The notes under the pieces are model-generated. The model worked only from the letters and a program-made list of their open reading frames with translations, was not told the DNA's origin and searched no databases. From assembly GCA_963798845.1 (NCBI GenBank), contig CAWCUS010000006.1, positions 864,001 to 928,000 on the forward strand: 64,000 bases of DNA. The letters run 5' to 3'. This DNA comes from an uncultured Gemmatimonadales bacterium. Its GTDB lineage: Bacteria > Gemmatimonadota > Gemmatimonadetes > Longimicrobiales > RSA9. Below, one piece after another: positions 38,145 to 47,701 of the stretch. Every line of letters begins with the position of its first letter. Position 1 is the first letter of the stretch. Made by a program: the position numbers and the translations under genes.

Positions 38145-38251
38145 CCATCCCTCCTCAAGGCTCCATCCTCCTTCCTGCCGCCTCCCTCCGCTGGCGTTGG
38201 CGAGTTGCTCGCCCGGGCCGGAGCGGGAGCACGACGGAGCGTCCGTCCATC

Positions 38252-38305
38252 ACTGTAGGGGAATGTACTACAGGGGTCAAGCGCCCTGTAGGGACACGGA
38301 CTACA
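38252..38305 (-). promoter_or_regulatory. Promoter TTGACC-N17-TACAGT overlapped/flanked by two TGTAG-N9-CTACA inverted repeats
   Basis: Palindromes at 38254-38272 and 38287-38305; -35 at 38280-38275, -10 at 38257-38252. Confidence 0.6.
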
Positions 38306-38432
38306 AGCGACAAAGGGAGGATCCCGCACGACGGATCTGGATGGAGACATGGGTGAGGAGAATCACCCGACTGCGCGGGCGCGCGGGAGAGCGTAGGTTG
38401 GAGAAGCGGATTCCCAGGGAAATGGGGGACGC

Positions 38433-38666
38433 ATGCTTCGCAGGTTGCTGGGCGCAATCCTCCATCGGCGTGTTCCGCAGTTCCTGTGCGTGTACGCGGC
38501 GGGGGCGTGGGCCATCGTGGAGCTGGTGGCGCTGGCGGTGGAAGGAGGACGGGCGCCACCCTGGCTGCTGTACTCTGCCCGGGCTCTGCTGGCGCTGCTG
38601 GTGCCGTGCGTGGCCGTGGCCGCCTGGCGGCTCGGCGTCGGGGGCAGCGCGGCAGCGCGTCGCTGA
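38433..38666 (+). CDS. 77-aa two-TM small membrane protein
   Basis: RRVPQFLCVYAAGAWAIVELV...PPW...LLALLVP..AW; GGGGGA RBS. Confidence 0.55.
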   Translation: MLRRLLGAILHRRVPQFLCVYAAGAWAIVELVALAVEGGRAPPWLLYSARALLALLVPCVAVAAWRLGVGGSAAARR

Positions 38667-38797
38667 CGGCTCCCCCCGGGGCGACGCTTCTCCCACCTTC
38701 CGTTATCTTTATCGCTTCATGTCGGCGCAGCCGTCCGTCCGCGGGACGGGCGCGCCGCCGGTGAGGCGCGGCACAACCGAGCAGGGGCGAGCATAGG

Positions 38798-39886
38798 ATG
38801 ACGGGGAGGGTGTGGAGATCCGGGCCGAACGTGCTGGCGCTGGCCATGTTCCTCGCGGCGTGCGGGACGCCGCCGCCGGCATCGCCCGTCCCGCGCCGAG
38901 AGCGGCCCGACACGGCGGCATCGCCGGAGGCCCGGCCGCCGGAGGGGAAGGTGGCCGAGGCGGACACGTCCGAGGCGGAGCCACCCGTCGGCGAGGAGAG
39001 CCGCCCGCCGGCGGAAGCGGAAGCGCCCACGAAACCGGAACCGAGTCCCGCGCCGAAGCGGAAGCCGCGTGCGCCCAGGCGCTCTCCCGTGCCCGTGCTG
39101 CCGGGCTCCCTCCTCCCGCGCGAGCGCATCGTGGCGTTCTATGGCAACCCGGCGTCGTCACGCATGGGGATCCTCGGCGAGCTGCCGCCGGACGAGATGC
39201 TGCGTCGGCTCGACAAGGAAGTGGCAGCCTGGCGCGCCGCCGACCCGGCTACCCCCGTGCGACCGGCGCTCCAGCTCATCGCGGTCATGGCCGCGGGCGA
39301 CCCGGGCCCCGACAGCCTCTACCGGGTCCGCATGCCCGACTGGCGCATCCAGCAGGTGATGGACTGGGCCAAGCGCCGCAACGCCCTCCTCTTCCTCGAC
39401 ATCCAGCCCGGTCGCAGCGACGTTCCCTCCGAGCTGCCCCGGCTGACCGAGTGGCTCCGGAACCCCGACGTGCACCTCGCCCTCGACCCGGAATGGTCCA
39501 TGCCCGGCAGTGCCGTTCCCGGGCGGCAGATCGGCTCCATGAAGGCCGCCGACGTCAATTACGCCATTCACTTCCTGGCCGACCTCGTGGAAAAATACCA
39601 CCTCCCCCCGAAGGTCCTCGTCGTCCACCGCTTCACCCAGAACATGCTCCGCGACGCGGGCGACATCCATCTCGACCCTCGCGTCCAGGTGGTCATCAAC
39701 ATGGATGGCTGGGGTCCGCCCTCCCAGAAGATCCACGCCTACACCGACATCGTCGCCCCCGAAGCCGAGCAGTTCACCGGCTTCAAGCTCTTCTTCCACA
39801 ACGACCGCAAGGACGGCTCGCGCATGCTCACCCCGGACGAGCTGCTCCAGCTCGATCCGCCCCCCGTCTACATCCAGTACCAGTGA
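38798..39886 (+). CDS. Conserved hypothetical lipoprotein
   Basis: Lipobox LAAC, Pro/Glu-rich linker, VAFYGNP...MGILG, FLDIQPG, HLALDPEW, DGWG, GFKLF. Confidence 0.75.
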   Translation: MTGRVWRSGPNVLALAMFLAACGTPPPASPVPRRERPDTAASPEARPPEGKVAEADTSEAEPPVGEESRPPAEAEAPTKPEPSPAPKRKPRAPRRSPVPVLPGSLLPRERIVAFYGNPASSRMGILGELPPDEMLRRLDKEVAAWRAADPATPVRPALQLIAVMAAGDPGPDSLYRVRMPDWRIQQVMDWAKRRNALLFLDIQPGRSDVPSELPRLTEWLRNPDVHLALDPEWSMPGSAVPGRQIGSMKAADVNYAIHFLADLVEKYHLPPKVLVVHRFTQNMLRDAGDIHLDPRVQVVINMDGWGPPSQKIHAYTDIVAPEAEQFTGFKLFFHNDRKDGSRMLTPDELLQLDPPPVYIQYQ

Positions 39887-39903
39887 GCTGACCCGCCGTC
39901 CTC

Positions 39904-39947
39904 TTGACAGGGGTGTTACCGTTGAGCAACTAAACAACTATATGGTT
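39904..39947 (+). promoter_or_regulatory. AT-rich promoter/operator upstream of the OsmC gene
   Basis: TTGACA at 39904 and imperfect inverted repeat AACTAAACAACTATATGGTT just before the GGAGGAG RBS. Confidence 0.45.
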
Positions 39948-39958
39948 ATGGAGGAGAG

Positions 39959-40399
39959 ATGCCGTATCCACCCATGGTCGTCACGCACGAGGGCGGACTG
40001 AAGTTCGCCACGGACATCCGGGGGCATCGGCTGATCGTGGATCAGCCGGCCGGGGCCGGTGCGGACGCGGGGCCGATGCCGATCGAGCTGCTGGGTGCGT
40101 CGCTGGGGACGTGCGTGGCGCTGTACGTTCAGCAGTTCTGCCACGCGCGGGGTCTGCCGCATGAAGGAATGCGGGTCGAGGTCCAGCAGATCGGGGCTCG
40201 CAATCCGGGTCGGGTGGGCGTGTTCGACGTGCGGGTGGTCTTGAAGGAAGCGATCCCGGAGGAGTACGCGCGGATGCTGGACCGTGTGGCGCGCAGCTGT
40301 CCGGCGCACAACACGCTGGTGCACGGAGCGGACGTGCAGGTGCGAGTGGAGCACCCGGCGTCGGAGGTGGAGGCGGAGCCCCGGCGTATCGCGGTCTGA
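39959..40399 (+). CDS. OsmC/Ohr family protein
   Basis: DQPAGAG...GPMPIELLGASLGTC...CPAHNTL. Confidence 0.85.
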   Translation: MPYPPMVVTHEGGLKFATDIRGHRLIVDQPAGAGADAGPMPIELLGASLGTCVALYVQQFCHARGLPHEGMRVEVQQIGARNPGRVGVFDVRVVLKEAIPEEYARMLDRVARSCPAHNTLVHGADVQVRVEHPASEVEAEPRRIAV

Positions 40400-40460
40400 G
40401 TTCTCGTTCGACGACGGTGGTCCCGGGGCTCCGCAGACGCGGCGTCCTCCCGGGTGCGAG

Positions 40461-41366
40461 TCAGCTCGCGGACCCCGCGGCCGCCGTGTCGAGCCGGTTG
40501 GCGTAGCGTTCCAGGACGGCCACGCGGTCGCGTCCGGCGCCCTTGGCCCGATAGAGGGCCTGGTCGGCGGCGGCGACGAGGTCGTCGCCCGACGTCATTC
40601 CGGCCTCGTACTCGGCGACGCCGGCGCTGCAGGTGAGAGGTCCCCACGGCATGTCGCTCTGTCGCAGCCCATCGAGGACGCGTTCCGCCATCACGCGAGC
40701 CCCGGTGGCGGTCACGCCATCCAGGATGGCCAGGAACTCCTCACCGCCGTACCGGACGCTGAGGTGCATCGTGCGGGTGCGGGCGACGAGGATGGCGGCG
40801 AAGACGCGGATTGCCTCGTCGCCTGCGCGATGGCCGTAGCTGTCGTTGAGGCGCTTGAAGTGGTCGAGGTCGAAAAGCACCACCGACAGGGCCTCGCCTC
40901 GCTGGGCGGCGGCAACGGCGCGGTTGAGGTGGATCTCGCCGTGGCGGCGGTTCGGAAGCCCCGTCGCCGCATCGGTCAGCGCCATCTGCTGCGCTTCTTC
41001 GAGCTTCTTCCTGAAAAGGGCGGAGAGGGCGCCGGTCCCGAGTGAGACGACGATCAGGACGACCGTGAACGCGAGGAGGACCTCCTGCCGGGGAAGGGCG
41101 GCGCCGGCGAGGTTGGATGCCAGCTGGCCGAGGGTGAGGGCGGCCATTCCTGCGGCGAGCGCGAGCGATGCGCCTCCCCAGCCGTGATAGTAGGAGAGCA
41201 GGAAGGGCGGGATCAGCGCGAGCAGCCAGACGAGGGCGCCGATGTCGCTGGTCCACGAGGGGAAGAGCGCCGAGCTCAGCACGGGCACGCCGAGGCACAG
41301 CAGCGACAGCAGCAGTGCCCTGGGCGGAACGGTAGACGCTCCGGATGTCTGCGCGTGTATTTTCAT
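40461..41366 (-). CDS. Membrane-bound diguanylate cyclase
   Basis: N-terminal TM helices; TDAATGLPNRR, DLDHFKRLNDSYGHRAGD, RYGGEEF. Confidence 0.9.
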   Translation of the reverse strand: MKIHAQTSGASTVPPRALLLSLLCLGVPVLSSALFPSWTSDIGALVWLLALIPPFLLSYYHGWGGASLALAAGMAALTLGQLASNLAGAALPRQEVLLAFTVVLIVVSLGTGALSALFRKKLEEAQQMALTDAATGLPNRRHGEIHLNRAVAAAQRGEALSVVLFDLDHFKRLNDSYGHRAGDEAIRVFAAILVARTRTMHLSVRYGGEEFLAILDGVTATGARVMAERVLDGLRQSDMPWGPLTCSAGVAEYEAGMTSGDDLVAAADQALYRAKGAGRDRVAVLERYANRLDTAAAGSAS

Positions 41367-41387
41367 GCGCCACCTTCGGCGGACCCG

Positions 41388-41422
41388 GGCGGGCTCAGCC
41401 ATTGCGGCTGGCTGAGCCCGCC
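41388..41422. terminator. 14-bp perfect hairpin downstream of the fadL-like gene
   Basis: GGCGGGCTCAGCCA-N7-TGGCTGAGCCCGCC; no clear U-tract. Confidence 0.5.
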
Positions 41423-41439
41423 GTCGTGGGCGTCAGCGG

Positions 41440-42807
41440 TCAGTGATCGAATACGTAGGCGAGCGTGAGTCCGAACAGGCTCGCCTGGTTGGAGTAGACG
41501 CCGACGTTCAGCGCCATTGGATCCGTGACGCCGGGCAGCTCGCTGCGGACACGGCCCGCGCGGTCCTCCTGGTTCACGTAGTTGTAGTACGCCTCCGCCC
41601 TCAGCGACCCGAAGCTGTAGACGAACCCGAGCCCGTAAATCTGCCGGGTGGCGTCCGGCAGGAGGGGCGTCACCGTCTGGTCAGGGGCGGCCGGCTTGTT
41701 GTAGCTGAAGCCGCCGATCAGGTCGAAAGCGGGCGAGGCGCTGTAGGTGAAGCCGGCGCGATAGACGCTGGCGTCGTTGTAGTCCATGGCCAGCGACAGC
41801 TCCTGGCCGTTCTCGAAGGTGGCCGCCACCGTGTCGAAAACGCTCCAGCGCACCCACTGGTAGTCGCCCTCTATGGCGAGCTGCGGGGTCAGCTTCAGGT
41901 TGGCGCCGACCACGAGCTCGGCCGGGAAGGTGATGCTGGCCTCCACGCCCTGGTCCGCGAGTGGCCCGCCGGGCAGGAAGAGACCCTGTGAGCCGATGAG
42001 GACGTCGAACGGCACGGGCCCGGCCGGAGTGGTGAGCACGAGGTCCGGGTGCATGACCTGCTCGAAGGTGGCATCGCCGCTCAGGTCCACCTTGACCTGG
42101 TTCATGTAGCGGGCGGCGATGGAAACGCGATCGCTCGCGATCCAGAACGCCCCGACCTGGAACCCGTAGCCGGTGCCGGTGCCGTTCATCTTGGCGCTGG
42201 CCAGGTCGGTTCCGAGGGGAACGCCCAGGAGCGCCAGCTGCGGGACTTCCACCGGCGCGTCCAGGTGCTGGTTGATCTCCATGCCGCCGAAGATGACCTG
42301 CGGACCCGCGGCGATGGAGAACTTGCCGGGCACCACCTGGAACGCGAGCGTGGGCTGGAGGTAGATCCCGGACACCGTCGTGTTCCACGAAAGGAAGCGG
42401 CCTTCGAAGGTCTCCGGCCATTCCAGGGTCAGGCCGAAGGGAGCCCATACCCCGATGCCCGCCGCCAGCCGGCCTTCCGGCCCGAAGCGGAAGGAGGCGT
42501 ACGCCTGTGGCACGAGCGGAGTCGCGGCTTCACGGTCCACGGTCATGCCGCCGTTGTCGTACTTGAACGAGCCCGAGTTGTTCACGGCGGTGGCGCCGAG
42601 CGAGATGGTGGACGGCTGGAACGCGAGCGCGGCCGGGCTGAAGTAGATGCTGGACGCGTCCGGGCACGGCGCGGCGACGACGGCTCCACCGCGTGCGCTC
42701 GAGCACGCGCTCTGATTATAAATAGCGAACCCCTGCCCTGCTGCCGGGGCGGCCATGGCCGCCAGGAGCAGGGAGAATCCGGCGGGTCGAACCATGTTGC
42801 GACCCAT
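41440..42807 (-). CDS. OmpP1/FadL-family outer-membrane transporter
   Basis: Signal peptide then GFAIYNQS...ARGGA...DASSIYFSPA, PFGL, TPLLPD; AGGAGG RBS. Confidence 0.85.
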   Translation of the reverse strand: MGRNMVRPAGFSLLLAAMAAPAAGQGFAIYNQSACSSARGGAVVAAPCPDASSIYFSPAALAFQPSTISLGATAVNNSGSFKYDNGGMTVDREAATPLVPQAYASFRFGPEGRLAAGIGVWAPFGLTLEWPETFEGRFLSWNTTVSGIYLQPTLAFQVVPGKFSIAAGPQVIFGGMEINQHLDAPVEVPQLALLGVPLGTDLASAKMNGTGTGYGFQVGAFWIASDRVSIAARYMNQVKVDLSGDATFEQVMHPDLVLTTPAGPVPFDVLIGSQGLFLPGGPLADQGVEASITFPAELVVGANLKLTPQLAIEGDYQWVRWSVFDTVAATFENGQELSLAMDYNDASVYRAGFTYSASPAFDLIGGFSYNKPAAPDQTVTPLLPDATRQIYGLGFVYSFGSLRAEAYYNYVNQEDRAGRVRSELPGVTDPMALNVGVYSNQASLFGLTLAYVFDH

Positions 42808-42948
42808 ACGGCGCCTCCTGTCTATGTCTGGGGGACTGCGGCAAACGGTACAAAGGTTCGGTTTTTCATCGCCGCTGGCAAGAGGCACCTGAACAGGAGC
42901 CCCTGCGGGGCTATCGTCCGCGTGCCACCCGTTCTATCATCACGGCCC

Positions 42949-43827
42949 ATGCGCACCACCGGTCTGCTCGTTCTCGTAGTGGCGATCGCCGCCGCCTGTT
43001 CCCGGGATCGGCCGGCCCGCGGGGCCTCCGGGCGGGTGCCCGTGTCGGCGACGCTCTATCCGATCGCGAGCATACTCGAATTCGTTGGTGGCGGGGCCGT
43101 GGAGGTGCGAACGCTTCTCCCCCCCGGAGCGCATCCGGACACGTACGAAGCCACGCCCCGGGTGGCGGAGGCGCTGGCGGGCTCCGCCCTGATCGTGCGG
43201 GTGGGCGGGCCGGCGGACGACTGGCTGGTGGTGCCGGGCGGCGCCCGGGCGCTCGACCTGACGGCCGGGATGCCGCTCATCCACGAGCGCGGGCCCGGCA
43301 CGGGCAACCCGCACGTCTGGCTCGACCCGATCCTGGTCAGGGATTCGCTGCTGCCTCGCCTCGCCGATGCCCTGGAGGGCGTCGCACCGGATTCCGCCGC
43401 GGCCATCCGCGGACGGGCCGCGGCGTTCGCCGATTCTCTGACCACGCTCGACGCGTGGATCCGGGAGCTGCTGGCGCCGGTGGCGGACGGGCGCTTCGTC
43501 GCGGCACATCCCGCCTGGGTGTACTTCGCCCGCCGGTACCGACTGGAGGAGGTGGGATCGCTTCATCCTTCGCCCGGGTCCGAGCTCGGCACGCGGGATC
43601 TGGCCAGGCTGGTGGACGCGGCGCGCGAGCGGGGGGTCGCCGCGGTGATCGCGGAGCCGCAGCTCGGCGCGGCGGGAACGGAGGCGCTGGCGCGTGAGCT
43701 GGGGCTCCCGGTCGAGATCGCGGATCCCGTGGGAGGCCCCGGCGTTTCCGGTCGAGAAGACTACCTTTCGCTCATGCGGTACAATGCCCGTGCGTTCGCG
43801 CGGGCGCTCGGAGGGGGGAGCACGTGA
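42949..43827 (+). CDS. Zn/Mn ABC transporter substrate-binding lipoprotein (ZnuA/MntC family)
   Basis: Lipobox AAAC; PGAHPDTYE, NPHVWLDP, HPAWVYFA. Confidence 0.85.
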   Translation: MRTTGLLVLVVAIAAACSRDRPARGASGRVPVSATLYPIASILEFVGGGAVEVRTLLPPGAHPDTYEATPRVAEALAGSALIVRVGGPADDWLVVPGGARALDLTAGMPLIHERGPGTGNPHVWLDPILVRDSLLPRLADALEGVAPDSAAAIRGRAAAFADSLTTLDAWIRELLAPVADGRFVAAHPAWVYFARRYRLEEVGSLHPSPGSELGTRDLARLVDAARERGVAAVIAEPQLGAAGTEALARELGLPVEIADPVGGPGVSGREDYLSLMRYNARAFARALGGGST

Positions 43828-44627
43828 GCGGGCCAGGGCGTCCGGACCCGGTGGGGGGTGGAGCGGCGGCCGCGGAGGCGGCCATCGAGTTCACTGGGGT
43901 CTTCTTCGGCTACCGCGGCGACGTTGTCCTGCGCGACGTCACGTTCACGCTCGGTGAGGGCACGTTCACCGCGCTGATCGGTCCCAACGGGGCGGGGAAG
44001 ACCACGCTGCTGCGCCTCCTCCTGGGTCTCGATCAGCCCGATCAGGGGCGCATCTTCGTCTTCCGCCAGCCGGCCGGCTCGAAGCAGGAGATCGGCTACG
44101 TGCCGCAGCGCACCGGCGTTCCGGAAGGTTTTCCCATGAGCACCCGGGAGGTCGTGCTCATGGGCCGGTATGCAAGCGTGGGACTGGGTCGCCGACCGGG
44201 TCGGGCCGATCACGAAGCGGTGGCGCGGGCCCTCGCCCGCGTCGGCCTCTCGGATGTGGCGCGCCACCGGTTCAGCGAGCTGTCCGGCGGGCAGCAGCGC
44301 CGCGCCCTCATCGCGCGTGCGCTCGTGTCCGGGCCCCGCCTCCTCCTCATGGACGAGCCCACCGCGGGCCTGGATCCCGCGGCGCAGGCCCGGTTCTACG
44401 ACACCTGCTGCACGCTGCAGCGAGAAGAGGGGATCACGCTGCTGGCCGCCTCTCACGACATCGACGTCGTAGCGCGCCACGCGGACATGGTGCTGCTTCT
44501 GGATCGGACGGTGCAGGCCATCGGCCGGCCGGCGGACGTGCTGGCGTCCGACCGCCTCGACCTCGTGTACAATTTCCCTCACGGCCACGTACACGCGCCC
44601 GCCGAGAGGCCGGAAGGGGCGGCGTGA
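43824..44627 (+). CDS. Metal ABC transporter ATP-binding protein (ZnuC-like)
   Basis: GPNGAGKT, GYVPQ, LSGGQ, DEPTAGLD; His-rich tail. Confidence 0.9.
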   Translation: MSGPGRPDPVGGGAAAAEAAIEFTGVFFGYRGDVVLRDVTFTLGEGTFTALIGPNGAGKTTLLRLLLGLDQPDQGRIFVFRQPAGSKQEIGYVPQRTGVPEGFPMSTREVVLMGRYASVGLGRRPGRADHEAVARALARVGLSDVARHRFSELSGGQQRRALIARALVSGPRLLLMDEPTAGLDPAAQARFYDTCCTLQREEGITLLAASHDIDVVARHADMVLLLDRTVQAIGRPADVLASDRLDLVYNFPHGHVHAPAERPEGAA

Positions 44628-45436
44628 CGGAGTTCCTCGCCTACGACTTCGGGCAGCGCGCGCTCGCCGCCGGGCTGCTGGTCGGGCTCGGCTGCGCTGT
44701 GCTCGGCTTCTTCGTCGTTCTCCGGCGCATGGCGTTCGTCGGCATCGGGATCTCGCACGCGGCGCTCGGCGGCGTGGCGATCGGCGTCCTTCTCGGCATC
44801 GACCCGGTGCTGGCGGCGCTCGGCTTCTCGGTCGCGGTGGCCTGGCTGATCGCCGCCACGAGCGGACGCGGGCGGCTGAGCGAGGAGACCGCGATCGGGA
44901 TTCTCTTTCCCACGGCCATGGCGCTCGGCGTGGCGCTGATGGCCGGCACGCCGGACTACCGCCAGAGCCTGCTCGCCTACCTGTTCGGCAACATTCTCCT
45001 GGTGCGTCCGGCGGACCTGGCGCTCGCCGCCGTGCTGGTCGGCGGATCGCTGATCGCCACCATATTCCTGTTCAAGGAGCTTCTGTTCGTGAGCGTGGAC
45101 GAGGAGACCGCTCGCGCGGCGGGGCTGCCGGCCACCCGGCTGCGCTACGTCCTCTTCACCCTCCTGGCCGTGACCATCGTGTCCGCCATCAAGGTCGTGG
45201 GGATCGTCCTCGTGTCCGCGTTCCTGGTCATCCCCGCCGCCACCGCCCAGCTGGTGGCGCCCAGCATGCGCGCGATGCTCCTGCTCTCCGCGCTGTTCGC
45301 CCTCGCTTCCGTCGTGGGCGGACTCTGGCTCGCCTGGCTGCTGGATCTCCCGTCCGGCGCCGCGATCGTCCTGCTCGGCGCCGTCATCTTCTTCATGGCG
45401 GCGGCCGGACAACGCCTGCTGCGGCGAACGGCATAG
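44624..45436 (+). CDS. Metal ABC transporter permease (ZnuB-like)
   Basis: RRMAFVGIGISHAALGG, YLFGNIL, KVVGIVLVSAFLVIPA. Confidence 0.9.
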   Translation: MTEFLAYDFGQRALAAGLLVGLGCAVLGFFVVLRRMAFVGIGISHAALGGVAIGVLLGIDPVLAALGFSVAVAWLIAATSGRGRLSEETAIGILFPTAMALGVALMAGTPDYRQSLLAYLFGNILLVRPADLALAAVLVGGSLIATIFLFKELLFVSVDEETARAAGLPATRLRYVLFTLLAVTIVSAIKVVGIVLVSAFLVIPAATAQLVAPSMRAMLLLSALFALASVVGGLWLAWLLDLPSGAAIVLLGAVIFFMAAAGQRLLRRTA

Positions 45437-45442
45437 CGGCTC

Positions 45443-47572
45443 GTGCGTCGACTCCTCTCCGGGTGCCTCCTTGCCCTCGTCGGCCTCGCCGCCCCGTCCG
45501 GCGCGAGGCGGGCGAGCGCCCAGGAGGGCGCGTGGAACGGAACGCGGGAACTGCAGCTGGTCGATCGGGCGCGTGCCCGGCGGCGCGAGCCGATGGCCGA
45601 CAGCGCGCTGCGCAGCTATCGCGCGGACGTGGAAGGCTACATCTACTTCTTCCTGGACCGGGAGGGTGAGCCGAAGCCCGTGCTGCTGCGCGCGGACCAG
45701 GTCGCGCTGCTGCTCTACTGGGGGCGTCCGGCCTACACCAAGCAGATCATCCGCGGGATGCGCTCGGAGGAGCAGTTCCCGATCAAGGACTTCCGCTACT
45801 ATCTCGACCGCTACACGGTCATCCAGAACGGGTTCGGGGACGTCATCCGCGTGGGGGAGGGCCGCGACGTGCGGAACGTCCCGCACCCGCTGGCCCCGGG
45901 CGCCGACTCCATCTACGACTACCGTCTCGGGGATTCCACCACGATCCGGCTTCCCGGCCAGCCGGAGCCGATCCGGGTGTACGAGATCCAGGTGCGTCCC
46001 CGCGACTTCTCTCGCCCGGCCATCATCGGCTCGCTGTTCATCGAGCGTGCCCGCGCGGACCTCGTGCGCCTCGCCTTCACCTTCACGCCGTCGTCGTACA
46101 TAGACGCGCGCAACCAGCGGGTCGAGATCACACTCGAGAACGCGCTGTGGGAGGGGAAGTACTGGCTGCCGCGGGAACAGCGGCTGCTGGTCCGGCGGGA
46201 GATCCCGGAGCTCGATCTGGACGTGGGCACGGTGATCCGTGCAGCGCTCGAGGTGAAGGACTACACGCTCAACCCGGATCTGCCGGAGGGCTTCTTCCGA
46301 GGGCGCAGCGTGGTGCTCGGCGACACGCCGCGCCAGCTGGCGCAATACCCGTTCGAGAAGGGGCTGTACGAGGGGTACGAGGACGTGGGGCTGGCGCCCG
46401 GCACGAGCCCGGGGTCGCTGGACGAGGTGGACGTCCACGCCATCGCGGGCCGGATCCTCCGGGAGCGCTACCTGGGCGGGCTGTCCCGCGTCCGCTTCTA
46501 CGCCCCCGACGTCTCCTCCATCGTCCGCTATGACCGGAGCGAGGGCCTGGTCACGGGCGCGGGGGTCTCCGTCGCCCTCGGCCGAACGCAGCTCCACGCG
46601 TACGCGGCGCGCGCCTGGGGCGACGAAGCGCTGCTCGGGGAGGTCGGCTGGCGCTCCGATGCGCCCGGCGCCCCCGGCTGGTCGCTGGAAGCGTACCGGC
46701 GGCGGCCTCTAGACCTCGGGCTCCGGCAGGCCGCGGCGGGCGTCGTTTCCACGGCTGCGGCGGTGCTGGGCGAGGATTTCCGGGACATCGCGCGCGCGAA
46801 CGGCGGAGCGGTCGCGAGGACGTGGGGGCGACCGGCAACAGGTCGGCTGGCGGTCACCGCCCGGGCGGAGTGGCAGGACGAGTACCGGCAGGCGGTCGCG
46901 GTCGCGCCCCTGCGCGAGAGCGAGCCGTTCCGATCCGTCGCGCAGGCGTGGCGGGGCCGGTCGCTCGGTCTGGCCGCGGAGTACGAGCGCGAGATGAGGG
47001 CAGGCCCGTTCGAGCTGCACGTGGACCCGCGCGTCGAGGTCGGGAGCTGGGACGACCGCCTGATCGGGCTGTCCGAGACAGGCCCGTTCCTGCGGGGCTC
47101 TCTGGACGCGGACGCGACCTGGCGCAGCGGGCGGTACTCCGACGGGGTGATGCTCCGCCTGGAAGCGTCCGCGACCACGGGCGCCTCGCCGCCCCAGGCG
47201 TACCGCTATCTCGGCGGGCGCAACACACTCCCCGGCTACGACTTCCACGAGTTCGTGGGCCGCCAGGCCGCGCTCCTCGACGTCACCGGCTGGCGGACGG
47301 TGCTGCCAGGCTGGGTTCGGCTGCGTGGGTTCGCGGCCGCGGGCTGGGCCGGTCCCGAGAACCGGGTGATGCCGGTCCGCTTGCCCGCGGACGGCGCGGA
47401 GCCGTGGTCGCCGGGGCCGACGCACGGCCTGGCGGCCAGCCTGGGGCTCGGCGTCGGGCTCGTGCACGGCGTGGTCCGACTCGATTACGCCGTGCCTGTG
47501 GGTGTCGGCGCCGACGGCCGCGCCGGGACGCTGATGTTCAGCGTCGACCCCCGGCTCTGGTCCTTCCTGTAG
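45443..47572 (+). CDS. Secreted/outer-membrane hypothetical protein (DUF5686-like architecture)
   Basis: Signal peptide, HPLAPGADSIYDY, amphipathic beta-strands, LGGRNTLPGY. Confidence 0.6.
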   Translation: MRRLLSGCLLALVGLAAPSGARRASAQEGAWNGTRELQLVDRARARRREPMADSALRSYRADVEGYIYFFLDREGEPKPVLLRADQVALLLYWGRPAYTKQIIRGMRSEEQFPIKDFRYYLDRYTVIQNGFGDVIRVGEGRDVRNVPHPLAPGADSIYDYRLGDSTTIRLPGQPEPIRVYEIQVRPRDFSRPAIIGSLFIERARADLVRLAFTFTPSSYIDARNQRVEITLENALWEGKYWLPREQRLLVRREIPELDLDVGTVIRAALEVKDYTLNPDLPEGFFRGRSVVLGDTPRQLAQYPFEKGLYEGYEDVGLAPGTSPGSLDEVDVHAIAGRILRERYLGGLSRVRFYAPDVSSIVRYDRSEGLVTGAGVSVALGRTQLHAYAARAWGDEALLGEVGWRSDAPGAPGWSLEAYRRRPLDLGLRQAAAGVVSTAAAVLGEDFRDIARANGGAVARTWGRPATGRLAVTARAEWQDEYRQAVAVAPLRESEPFRSVAQAWRGRSLGLAAEYEREMRAGPFELHVDPRVEVGSWDDRLIGLSETGPFLRGSLDADATWRSGRYSDGVMLRLEASATTGASPPQAYRYLGGRNTLPGYDFHEFVGRQAALLDVTGWRTVLPGWVRLRGFAAAGWAGPENRVMPVRLPADGAEPWSPGPTHGLAASLGLGVGLVHGVVRLDYAVPVGVGADGRAGTLMFSVDPRLWSFL

Positions 47573-47701
47573 CCCTGCCGCCGCCTTCCGCCGAACTGCC
47601 GCCCTGCCGAAGCGCCGGCTTTCCGGCTTGTCGGGTGGTCGGCTTCTCGCCATCCTCCCTTGTCTCACACGTCCCGTGATCCCTGCCACCGGAGAACATC
47701 C

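Noticed and set aside
37966..38148. 60-aa ORF with ATG right after GAGGAGGG, suggesting a frameshifted DUF442 gene
   Set aside because: RBS-to-ATG spacing is too short; the GTG at 38144 is properly spaced and in frame with the domain
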